Of a stretch of 64,000 nucleotides of DNA, positions 50,111-60,013 are shown in pieces (position 1 is the first letter of the stretch; each line of letters starts with the position of its first letter). A program made the position numbers and the translations under genes. Below the pieces are notes generated by a model, which was given only the letters and a program-made list of their open reading frames with translations, searched no databases and had not been told where the DNA came from. Location of the stretch: positions 1,302,001 to 1,366,000 of the forward strand of contig JAUPSS010000005.1 in the NCBI GenBank assembly GCA_040285825.1, written 5' to 3'. Source of the stretch: Eukaryota sp. TZLM1-RC (Eukaryota; Protista; Metamonada: BaSk clade).

Positions 50111-50746
50111 TTTAGACTGGCTGAATTCCACAACAGAATTTTCAAATAAATTAACAACTCCTCCATTGCATGTAAGTGATTCATATTGTTCAATACCAGC
50201 TCCTTGAACATTAAGTTTTCCCTTATTTATTTTGCTAGTAATTAGAGTGACATTTGAACCTTCTTTTAAGTTCACTATTCCATCAGCAAGTAGGAGTAGG
50301 TTGATTTCAAAAACATTGGCTTCCCTGGTAATGTCCATTTGAGCTTCATCAGCGATAACATTTACAAAACCAGTGAGGTTGAATGTGTTTGAAACAACCG
50401 AAAATGACGACGATGATGATGTGAGAGACACGTCACCACTTCCTTGCAGCAACGAAGTATGATTAAGATGGAATTGAGCCTTGATGTCTAGTATTGACTG
50501 TTTAGTGACTTTTATGACTCCAATTGACCACGAGTCACCCTCAACAATTAAAGAGTTTGAACTTGAACAACTAGAGATTTCATGAATCTTAATTAGTCCA
50601 TAATTATGGAACGAGATGGAAATAGTAAACTCACCACAGGTTTTTTTTTCTAACAGTGGCGGTATTTGTGTTAATAAATAAGGGGGTAATGTCATCAGAA
50701 ACATCAGTAATGCTACCTTTTCCGGTAATAATAAAGTTGGAGTCAA
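46631..50746 (-). CDS. Giant locus segment carrying 346-aa tandem beta-helix repeats
   Basis: 1371-aa ORF, joined to the upstream ORF by removing one base from the T9 run at 50641-50649. Confidence 0.75.
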   Translation of the reverse strand: MTPTLLLPEKVALLMFLMTLPPYLLTQIPPLLEKKTCGEFTISISFHNYGLIKIHEISSCSSSNSLIVEGDSWSIGVIKVTKQSILDIKAQFHLNHTSLLQGSGDVSLTSSSSSFSVVSNTFNLTGFVNVIADEAQMDITREANVFEINLLLLADGIVNLKEGSNVTLITSKINKGKLNVQGAGIEQYESLTCNGGVVNLFENSVVEFSQSKLEINGGEVVFHPLSQISIANSILHLTGGDLIIFDSSVQTQPLFETVIIDGGELFFNSSNDLYIENLYMNGGKRSGFGIIEVSNVFTWKGGKLYDSGITKNMKLMLVEGDSLMKIDDGHTLVNYGIVTFLEGRLEAGAFTRIINKPYAVFEIGGQGELNPTSENEALPLFINYGIFAKISTADTFEFLLGLQNHDLVLIENGTLSIGTDSFSTNTIQIDESCTLELTGNFDFLNTSIVSNSLGNIHVSRPESYVVIDGLVDHSGKLFIDDGEVTFANNVLVDQVNLVINNGIVNFKEDSEVNLINSEVNGGQLNVFGTVIQQYQSIICNGGIVNLFEISTIDFNQSQIEINGGEVVFHSMSQISIINSSLHLTGGDLIIFDSSVQTQPLFETVIIDGGELFFNSSNDLYIENLFMNGGKRSGFGIIEVSNVFTWKGGKLYDSGITKNMKLMLVEGDSLMKIDDGHTLVNYGIVTFLEGRLEAGAFTRIINKPYAVFEIGGQGELNPTSENEALPLFINYGIFAKISTADTFEFLLGLQNHDLVLIENGTLSIGTDSFSTNTIQIDESCTLELTGNFDFLNISIVSNSLGNIHVSRPESYVVIDGLVDHSGKLFIDDGEVTFANNVLVDQVNLVINSGIVNFKEDSEVNLINSEVNGGQLNVFGTVIQQYQSIICNGGIVNLFEISTIDFNQSQIEINGGEVVFHPLSQISIINSILHLTGGDLIIFDSSVQTQPLFETVIIDGGELFFNSFNDLYIENLYMNGGKRSGFGIIEVSNVFTWKGGKLYDSGITKNMKLMLVEGDSLMEIDDGHTLVNYGNVTLLEGTLEAGAFTRIINKPYAVFEIGGQGELNPTSENEALPLFINYGIFAKISTADTFEFLLGLQNHDLVLIENGTLSIGTDSFSTNTIQIDESCTLELTGNFDFLNISIVSNSLGNIHVSRPESYVVIDDLVDHSGKLFIDDGEVTFANNVLVDQVNLVINSGIVNFKEDSEVNLINSEVNGGQLNVFGTVIQQYQSIICNGGIVNLFEISTIDFNQSQIEINGGEVVFHSMFQISIINSSLHLTGGDLIIFDSSVQTQPLFETVIIDGGELFFNSFNDLYIENLFMNGGKRSGFGIIEVSNVFTWKGGKIYDSGITKNMKIHLEIFTFLDQNLMLLLMV

Positions 50747-53700
50747 AATTATTAATAACTCTTGTATTATTATAGCACTTCAAGTTGCCATCTTCAAAAA
50801 CACTGTAACGAGAAAGTAACAATTCATGATTTGATCCGAGGTGCTTTTCGTCAGGAGTTCTAAATAGAGTAAATTCAATACTTTCGGTAATAGCTTTCGA
50901 TTTAAGATACCCAGACTCCCAAACAAAAACGGTATTAATAACGAGAGTGCGGTCTCCTTGGCGAGTACCTCCATTCAGTAACAAAGCATCAATATATACA
51001 GGGTTAGCTTGGTCTTCAGTTTCAAAAATACCACCCGATAATTCCATATTATCAAAGTGTACATCATAAGCACCGGAAACTGTTGAAGTGAAAAGTAAAT
51101 GACCACCAGATATTGTCGCATTTGTATAATCAAATTTAGCATTATTATCAGCGATAAACTCTCCACCTGAAAGGATTAAATTGGATTGAGAAAAATCAAT
51201 CAACTTGGCAGAATTGACAGAGAGTAGTCCACCATCTTGGGAAATGATAGAAATGAAGTAAATACGACTGTTACTCAAAACGGAAACAACACCATCATTT
51301 AAAGTTCCAGAAAACGATGTTATGATGGAATTATCAGTGAAATGAAGAACACCTTGATCCACCACAAAATTAACAACTAAAACACTACTTTGATTGACAA
51401 ATTCAGCAACAGCATCTGCATGTTCAAGTTTCAAATCACCTTTTACGTCAAAAGTGCCAGAGTTAATAAAATGTGAAACCAATGAATTAAGAACAATTAG
51501 AGATTGATCAACACCATTGATTGTTGCAGTATCAGTAGAAATAAGTGTAGACTTTATGATTAAACTACTTATAGTATTGATTAAATTGGAATTAGTACCG
51601 TTACCAGAAAGAATTAATTCACCAGATTCAACATTTAGGGTAAAGTCATTGGTGAAATACCATCCAAATTCTACAGCATCATGATTAGAGTTAATCGTAC
51701 CTTCACTCCAAACAACCAAATCAGATGAATCACCAGCAGTAAATGAACATGTTCCTGTGATATCAACAGTAGAATTAGATAATACATGAATAAAAGCTTG
51801 AGCTTCACCATAAACATTACATCGAGAAAATTCAGCAGAATCAATCAATTCTAATAAATGACCATCAGTTATTGACTGTTGAGACTGAGAACTAAACTTA
51901 AACAATTTCAAAGATTTGGTTATTCCTGAACCACTCAAAGTACCATGAGTAAAAGTAAATAAATTTAATACTTCAATGGTTGATTCACCAGATCGTTTAA
52001 CATCGGAACCGTCTAGATGCAAGACATCTATTAGTACAACTTCAGCCAAATTAGCTTCAAAGTTACCACCGGTAATTGTACATTCAGCAATGATGGGCGA
52101 ACCAGTTACACTGGAAGTTTCAAATAAATAAAGCCCAGAGTTAAGATTGATTGATGCACTAGTTAGACTGAAAATGGCTCCTGATTTTGATATAAATTCA
52201 CTAGATTCAGCATCTAACAAAAAAGTTGATTCATAAGAATCAACAATACTTCCATCGAGTAAATAATATTTACCATCAGTTATTTCTACTTTTCCAATAG
52301 ACTTTGTTTGTGAATTAGCATAATGAATAACAGATCCTGAAGATTTTACTTTACAGTGGTCAATTGAATCAATAACAGCACCTGATTTAAAAGATAAATT
52401 TCCCTTTACAATGTTACAATTCAAAACGTCCACATGTCCAAAGTGGTTCAGTTGACCATCAGCAATATTCAAATTGACATGGTCAGAGGTGAAAGTCTCT
52501 GAAAAATAAACAGATCCAGTTTCCACTGTTAAACAAGTAGTGTTTTCTTGGCAATTAACTTGACCATTGAAGACAATATTGTCAGAATTAGCATAAATCA
52601 TTGCATCAGTATTAATTTCAATGATAGAAGTTAACTCTTGAACTAACTCATTACTGATGTTGAGCTGACCAGAAGAATCTAGCAATAAATTGCCTGAAAT
52701 TTCTGTAAATTGAATGAAACCAACTTTTGCATTCGAATGTAAATAAAAATCACCATCAGAGTATAAATTAACAGAGAATTCCACAACAGAGCCATCTTCA
52801 ACATGCAAATCACCCAAGTTTCTGATACCAGAACAAAAGCTACAATCATCACATGCAAAATCAAAGTTCAAAGACTTGGAGGCATCAGAAGAAAAGTTAA
52901 GAGAAACGGAATGATCTACGTAAAGTACGGCATTATCATGGAACTTGGTTGTAAAACCATCACAGCTGCCTGTACTTAATTCAAACCTACCAATTTTATC
53001 AATAAATAACCGAACGTTTTGCTCAAGTATTTTATCCTCGCAATCAGTTATAATGATTTCATTTAAAACATGGAAGTAGATGGAATCTTTTCCAATAATC
53101 CCTCCATTAAATTGCATGTCCTTGACATGAGTAGTTCCCAAAGAAGAGATCCTAGCTACGTCATTAACTTCAAGAAAATTGACCTTGGCAATACAGTCAG
53201 GTTCATCAATAACCAAACTGGCATCATTGTTTAAAATCAACACGGTCCACTGAGCACAATTTTTGGTTCCACTTGGATAAATGATCAATTTACCACCATT
53301 CATTTCAGTTGTTACATCTTTGAATTTTGTTTGAGAAGCTTGGTGTAGTGTAATATTTCCACCATTGATAAATACAATAGAATCAGTAAATGAGGGGGAA
53401 GAGCCTGGTTGTACAACAACAGTACCGTCATGAATCTTGATGTGGTCTAATTTAACATCTGAATCGTCTTCGAATACTAAAGAACCATCAAACATATCAT
53501 TAATAACTACTTTTTCAACAATGGCTCCTTCTTTAAAAACAACGTGGCAATCCTCAAACATTTCGTTAATAACAATTTGCAAAACACTACTATTTTTGAT
53601 GGTGAGTGGACCATTACATTTACCAATAATTAATCCAAGTAACTGGGTGTCAATAATGTCTAAATCAGTACCGAGTTCAGGGAGATTGACTCGTTCAGCG

Positions 53701-53843
53701 TTCACTTCTTGCCCCAACAACATAATTCCTCCAATATAATCAATAGTAACATTTACCATCAAGGTCTGTCTCAAATCTAAAAGACCATCTCTCATATATA
53801 AAATCAACATACGAATTAAAGACAAAATACAACACCAGAGCAT
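50631..53843 (-). CDS. 5'-most preserved segment of the giant locus (beta-helix repeats), probably 5'-truncated near 53790
   Basis: 1070-aa ORF with the same GGxRxG..FxWxxG repeat style. The first ~12 codons derive from a dispersed repeat. Confidence 0.75.
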   Translation of the reverse strand: MLWCCILSLIRMLILYMRDGLLDLRQTLMVNVTIDYIGGIMLLGQEVNAERVNLPELGTDLDIIDTQLLGLIIGKCNGPLTIKNSSVLQIVINEMFEDCHVVFKEGAIVEKVVINDMFDGSLVFEDDSDVKLDHIKIHDGTVVVQPGSSPSFTDSIVFINGGNITLHQASQTKFKDVTTEMNGGKLIIYPSGTKNCAQWTVLILNNDASLVIDEPDCIAKVNFLEVNDVARISSLGTTHVKDMQFNGGIIGKDSIYFHVLNEIIITDCEDKILEQNVRLFIDKIGRFELSTGSCDGFTTKFHDNAVLYVDHSVSLNFSSDASKSLNFDFACDDCSFCSGIRNLGDLHVEDGSVVEFSVNLYSDGDFYLHSNAKVGFIQFTEISGNLLLDSSGQLNISNELVQELTSIIEINTDAMIYANSDNIVFNGQVNCQENTTCLTVETGSVYFSETFTSDHVNLNIADGQLNHFGHVDVLNCNIVKGNLSFKSGAVIDSIDHCKVKSSGSVIHYANSQTKSIGKVEITDGKYYLLDGSIVDSYESTFLLDAESSEFISKSGAIFSLTSASINLNSGLYLFETSSVTGSPIIAECTITGGNFEANLAEVVLIDVLHLDGSDVKRSGESTIEVLNLFTFTHGTLSGSGITKSLKLFKFSSQSQQSITDGHLLELIDSAEFSRCNVYGEAQAFIHVLSNSTVDITGTCSFTAGDSSDLVVWSEGTINSNHDAVEFGWYFTNDFTLNVESGELILSGNGTNSNLINTISSLIIKSTLISTDTATINGVDQSLIVLNSLVSHFINSGTFDVKGDLKLEHADAVAEFVNQSSVLVVNFVVDQGVLHFTDNSIITSFSGTLNDGVVSVLSNSRIYFISIISQDGGLLSVNSAKLIDFSQSNLILSGGEFIADNNAKFDYTNATISGGHLLFTSTVSGAYDVHFDNMELSGGIFETEDQANPVYIDALLLNGGTRQGDRTLVINTVFVWESGYLKSKAITESIEFTLFRTPDEKHLGSNHELLLSRYSVFEDGNLKCYNNTRVINNFDSNFIITGKGSITDVSDDITPLFINTNTATVRKKNLW

Positions 53844-54600
53844 TTTTAACTACAACCTTAATCCAAAATAAGATGTACATCTACAAAAACAAAATTTTGC
53901 ACATGTCTAAACTTGACAACTTGAAACTCTTTTCCAAACAATAATGAACAGTGTTTATTGATTGAGCAACTGGTGATTTGATTTTCTCTATTTCAACTAT
54001 CCATTTTTTACTCAATATTGACTGCATTGACCTCCAGCAAAACCAAACTATCAACCTTGATGATTTTGAAACAGTTGTTTCTTGTTCACTATAAATCTTT
54101 TCAACTACTCTTCTCCATGAACAAATCATTCGATTGAAAAAAACTGAAATGCTGCAAAAGAAAAAAATTAATTGTATATTGTTCCACAATCAGAAATGAA
54201 GCATTAAAAAAACGCTCGTAAGTCATGCAATGAAGATGAATACTCAAAACAAGTTTATACAATTACTGTTTGATGTCCGAATTTTAGCTCAAAATTGCAA
54301 GTCAGAAGATGAACTTTAGCTGAATACTTTTAATTAAAACTAAGATTTGCTTAATTTGATTCACTAATTCAACAACTAGAATATACATTGATATGTTCTT
54401 CAATTTTTCATTCATTTTTGATTTTTATTCAAACACAGTCTCCAATGGGTTGAAATTCATAAACAAAATTAAGACAACAAACAGCACCAGAGCACTTCTG
54501 TCTATAACGTCAGCCAAACAATGATAGAAATCAACAATTACATAATTTTGCAAATATCTAAACTTCACAATCAGTCTTTGAAACAATTATTAACAGTATT
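53810..54600. repeat. Decayed dispersed repeat (53810-54015, 54315-54600), with inverted copies at 59625-59975, 17765-18020 and 55845-56090; may be a remnant of a multi-pass TM coding region
   Basis: Shared core aaaattaagacaacaaa..accagagca. One strand reads RNALVLFVVLILFIYFNP. Confidence 0.6.
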
Positions 54601-55145
54601 TGTAACAGAGTTTGTGGAGTTTCTGAAGGCGTTACGCCAAATACAGAGAAATTGGATTAGCTTTCAATCAATTCAAATGTCTTTTGATTGGTAGAACAAA
54701 AAAATTTTATTGATTGATAGTGCTCAGATTTTTTTATTTATTATGACCGACAAGCGTCGAAGTTTCCTGTATTTGGGCTCGGTTATTTGGACGACATTTA
54801 TTCCCAGTTGAACAATTTATTGGGAAAAATTGACAAGGATCTGAGTTTCATTGCTGAATGAGACATTGAAGAACACACCAAATTTTCAATTACAAAAATT
54901 TGTTATTCCAAAAAATTCACTCATAATTTAAGATATCTCATGATTTCTTCTGATCTTTCAAAAAATTTCGGGTCATGCATTTTGTTTTGCTAATTCGGAT
55001 GGGATTGGATTCACTAATGAGCATAGCCAGCAATATTCAGAGACAAATTGATCCTTGGTCTAAAGACATTAATTACAAAAGACCTCATTTATATAAAAAC
55101 GACCCAATAAATAAAATGTCGATAATATAGTTTTTATTAAAGTGT

Positions 55146-55264
55146 CAGACATGAAAGTGGTCTAATATTTATTAAACATGCTCACTTATAAAATAATTCA
55201 TAACTAATGAAAGCGAATATCCTTGATCAAGATTTTCTTTACAAAATCTTAATCTGCTTACTAT
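55146..55264 (-). mobile_element. Decayed family A 3' end inserted in the gag-like repeat
   Basis: Absent from the 13212 copy. Reverse complement of the family A terminus, flanked by a degenerate gacatg(a/g)aa duplication. Confidence 0.6.
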
Positions 55265-55521
55265 TGTGACATGGAATAAATATGAGCGAAAAATTGCTAA
55301 TAGAAGCTTTGAAGCCCAAGGACTGTCAGATTGGACTTGAGACTAGTTGATAGCTACTCAGTTGTTTGAAGAAAAGCAGACACAACTGACACTAGCAAGA
55401 GTAAGAGACCTCCATGGATATAGAAAACGAGATCACAAAGACATTATTCAGACTTTGGTTAGAATTGACATAGCTAGAAGAGATAAGGTCGGGCCTTATT
55501 CAGTACATAATTTGTTCGATA

Positions 55522-56372
55522 AGAAAACAATATTTCAATATCAACCAATGGTAAGCCAGTGATTTCCAATTCACTTGAACTTGACACATGGTGGGTACTC
55601 ACTGAGTCATGGAATGATTCAATTTCAAACAAACTGAGTATTTGGGTATAATTAATCAGTATATCTTGGGTTTTTAGGGTTAAGTTAAGCCATCTATAAA
55701 AACAACATCATCTATATATGCAATCATATTTAAAGAAAAAAACATTGCTTGATTTTGTAATTAAATGGATGAATGGCCAGAAAAAAAGAGGTCCTAAAAG
55801 ATTTCCTTGCTGAACAGCACACGATGATTTCAACATAGAATTTGCTTTCAGTTGAATCGTTGGGTAGTTGAGATTTTGAAAGAAAAAACACTATCATTAA
55901 GAACTACTTATGATTGTTTTAAGTTGTCAGGTTTAAATATGTGCAGAATTGTTGAATTGCAGATCTACGTCTTTTTTTGACTGGGGTTGTAGTTAGAAAT
56001 GCTGTGGTGTTGTTTTTTATCATAAATTTGTTTATTGATTTCAACCCATCAGAGAATGTCATTGCACAAAGCACACAAATGAATGACAAAACGAGATCAC
56101 AAAAGACATTACTAATCTTTTGGTTAGGTTTGACCCAGCTAGAAGAGATAAGGTCGGACCTCCAACTCACCATTACTCTCTGTTTAGAATCATGATGATG
56201 AGTACGTGTCCTACCAGTATTTCCAGTATGATAGACCCTAGCCTTCTATCAAAATGGCAAAGTCAAGACTCACTCGGAGTCGATTAAACCGACGCGGACG
56301 TCATGGTATTTCAATTAAAAGAAACGCAATTTACCTCCTATCACGAGACTTGTGCGGTCTTATATTGGTAAA
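55522..56372. repeat. Second copy of the 17445-18302 composite repeat
   Basis: Direct comparison. Confidence 0.9.
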
Positions 56373-56444
56373 TTTGATGAGTTTCTGTAGATCCAGATTC
56401 ATCATTTATTCAATTTTTCCAGAAATTGAATTTAACTTATCAAA

Positions 56445-59206
56445 TTCATCCGACCAAATGCAATGAATTTGCTTTCGTTTTTCAATTTTTTTTGATTTTT
56501 GGCTCAATTATGTAAAGGAAAGTATGCTATCAATATTATTTGGGAATTTTTTGGTTCTTTTTGTCCTCCTTCTGAACAAAATTTCGTTAATATTTCCGAA
56601 GATTTAACTAATGTAGCACCGAGAAATCAGTCATCCGAGAAATTAAGTAAAATTTTTGAAGACAAATGCTTGGACAACAAATGGTCCAAGGCTTTGTCAG
56701 CTTTAAGTCCCGGAGTTAAAGCACCGAACAATGAAAATACAATAGATAAACTGAAAATACTTCATCCTTATGAAGACCCTATAATGGATCAAAATTTTTA
56801 CGGCACATACTGGGAAAATTATCCATTGATGCCAACAGAAGTTTTTTCGGTTATCAAAAAGAGACCTCGTGGTAACTCTGCCGGACTTTCTGGTATTACT
56901 ATTGATCATGTAAAAGCCGCGATTATTTCTTCAGAAGATTGCCTTGGTTTATTGACCAAATTTTTCAACCAAATATTATCTGGTCAACGCAAATACCCAG
57001 AAGAATTAAGAAGTTCTCGTTTGACTGCACTTGTCAAAAATTCAAAAATGGATGTTCGTCCTATTGCAGTCTCTGAGAGCTTACACAATATTTTTTCTGC
57101 GTGTTGCTTAAGCAGGTTCAATGAAAAAGCTAAAAAGATTTTATTACTCTTTCAATATGGTATAAATACCACAGATGGAGTCTCTTCAGCGATTTTTGCT
57201 ACTGATGTCTTATTTCGTCAAAATGAATCCAATGTTTGCATGTCATTGGATTTTAGTAATGCTTTCAATTCACTAAGTCGTCGCAGTATCCATGGTGCTC
57301 TATTGCAATATATGCCGGAATTAATACCATATTGTCAATCAACATATTGCACATATTCTAATTTACAATTTGGTAACAACATTTTGAGTTCATCAAGTGG
57401 CGTAAAGCAAGGAGATCCGTTAGGACCTCTTTTGTTTTGTTTGGCCATTCATCCTATTCTACTGCAAATTCAAGAGATGTTTCCTTCACTAAAAATGATT
57501 GCATATATGGATTATGTTGTGCTTATCGGTGATTTCAATATTGTGAAAAAAAGCAACTGCATGTTTTCAAGAATTATTTACCAAAATTGGTCTCCGACTT
57601 AATTTACTTAAATGTGTTTTGTTATCGAATTCTCCAGTTTCCACAATAATTGATGATATTGAAATTCAAGCCAAATTATATTCAATTGATGCTATTCGTC
57701 ATTTGGGTTCATTTTTAAGAAATAATGATGAAATTACCAAAAAATTGTTTGAAAAGTAGACCTCAATTTCTGACAAAATTGACCGAATGATGAATTTAGA
57801 TATAAAAAAACACATCAAATTTACCATTATAAGACTGTGTTTTAGTTCCAATTTTAATCATATATTTCGATCTACAAATCCTCTCGTCACTAGACCTTTG
57901 GCTCAAAAGTTTAATGAGTTACGTGAAAAAGTTCTGTCTCAATTACTGGGATGTAAAATGTTTCAAATTCCAGATCATGCTTACCTTAGTCCATATTATG
58001 GTGGTTTAGGGTGGACGAAGGCTTCTATTCTTACCTCGTGTGCTTTTGTTGGTGGATGCAGAAATGCAATCTTTGAGTTTTCCGAAAGATTTGCAGATTG
58101 GGAAGATTTATTGATGACAACGCAAAGTTCCACTGTTTTTGAATTAAATGAAGAAATTTCAAGAATTGATGTAGAAAAATGGGGTCGATGTTTTCCCCAA
58201 TCATTCAATGGCAATATTCCAGAAAAAAATGTTTTAAATTTGAAGTACACTCTTCGAACATTACAGAAAAGATTGACTGGAATGTATCAAAAAGATCTTT
58301 ACAATAATATTTGCAGCTCGGCTGTTTTAAATCAAGATCTTCACTCATTGTTATTGGAAAAGGGTGTTTGTGAAAACAAGGCGTCGGATTCTTCACTTTT
58401 TGTAACCATTGTACCACGAAGATTTGGATTGTGTGCCACTAATGAAGCATTTGTAACAAAAATGAGATTATATTTGAACATCCCCATTAACCAATTATTA
58501 TCAAAAGAAAAATGTATTTGTTCGAATTCACCTCAACTCACTTTGCGCCATGCTCTAAATTGCTCTAAATTGATAACTTATTGTTCTTCATTACATGATG
58601 CTGTTAGAGACACTGTTTTCAATATGGCACAAACTGTAAGGATATCGTGTATCAAAGAGCCTCTGCTGAAGTAAACATTTTCTCTGAATAGTTTTGGTTC
58701 TGATGCTATAGGTGATGTATACTGTGATTGGATTGATAATTCTGAAGCTATTGTTGACTTTGTCTCATGTAATGTTGCAAACGATACTTTGGTTCACAGA
58801 CGAAAACTTAATCCTGTGGCTGCTCTGGATTTTAATGCAAAAGAAAAACATAGAAAATATGATAAAGAAATTGAAGATGCAAACGTCGATAGAAATACAC
58901 AGCTGGTTTTTATTGCTTTCCCATTTTCGATAAATGGAAGATTATCAGTTGAAGCAGAAACTTTTTTGGATGACTTCCAAAAAATGGTAAAACAAAATAC
59001 AATGAAAAGATTTGATATTTTTTTATGGCGTTCACAAATTCAATTTGCAATTATTAATAGATTACCGCGGTTTTTCAATCGAATTAGAGAAGCTTTAGCT
59101 AGATAGCAAGCAAATCAAGAATTTGTAGAGGAAATCTTGGTTTAATAATAGTCGTCCCCTTAGTTATGATTTAATTTAATCAAGTGTGCAAATTCAATAA
59201 ATATGA
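56445..59206 (+). mobile_element. Longest family A CRE-like copy (2.76 kb, 5'-truncated, dead) with a 12-bp TSD TAACTTATCAAA (56433-56444, 59207-59218)
   Basis: RT motifs SAGLSGI, SSRLTALVK..VRPIAV, QYGI, LDFSNAFNS, GVKQGDPLGP and YMDY (mutated YMDD), followed by CCHC and RLE. Several stops and a frameshift. Confidence 0.94.
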
Positions 59207-60013
59207 TAACTTATCAAACAATTCTTTGGTAACTTCATCACTATTTTCCAAAAACGAATCCGAATGAAGAATAGCATCAGTTCAATATAACTTGGCTTGA
59301 ATTGCAATACCATCAACTATAGTTGAAACTGGAGATTTTGAATGTAAAACACATTTAAGCAAATTGAGTCGAATGCCTATTATTTTAATCTATTAATTTT
59401 ATTTTATTGTTAAATAAATCTTTGAAACAAAAAGTCGCTTCTTTGACAATAGTTAAGTCACCTATAAAAATAACATCATCCATTTTAGCAATCATATTTA
59501 AGGAAAGAAACATTGCTTGAATTTGTAATAAAATGGATGAGTGGCCAGACAAAACAAAAGAGGTTCTAAGGGATCTCATTGCTGAACACCGCATGATGAA
59601 TTTCAAAATAGTATTTGGTTTCAGTTGAATTGATGAATAGTTGAGAATTCGAAGAACAAGTTGCTCATTCATTAAGTACTACTAATGATTGTTTCAATAA
59701 TTTCTTCTAGTTGTCAGGTTTGCATATGTGCAAAATTGTGTAATTGTTGACCTTAATCTTTGTTTGGCTGAAGTTTCAGTAAGAAATGCTCTGGTTTTGT
59801 TTGTTGTCTTAATTTTGTTTATTTATTTCAACCCATTGGAGACTGTTTTTGCATAAAACACACAAATGAATGACAAATTGAAGAACAGATTAATTACTAT
59901 TCTAATTTAGAATAATTGTTGAATTGTTGAAACACATTGAGCAAAACTTAGTTTCAATTTAATTTAATCAGCTAAAAATGGATCTCAACCATTCTCTCAC
60001 ATTTTGGCTACGA

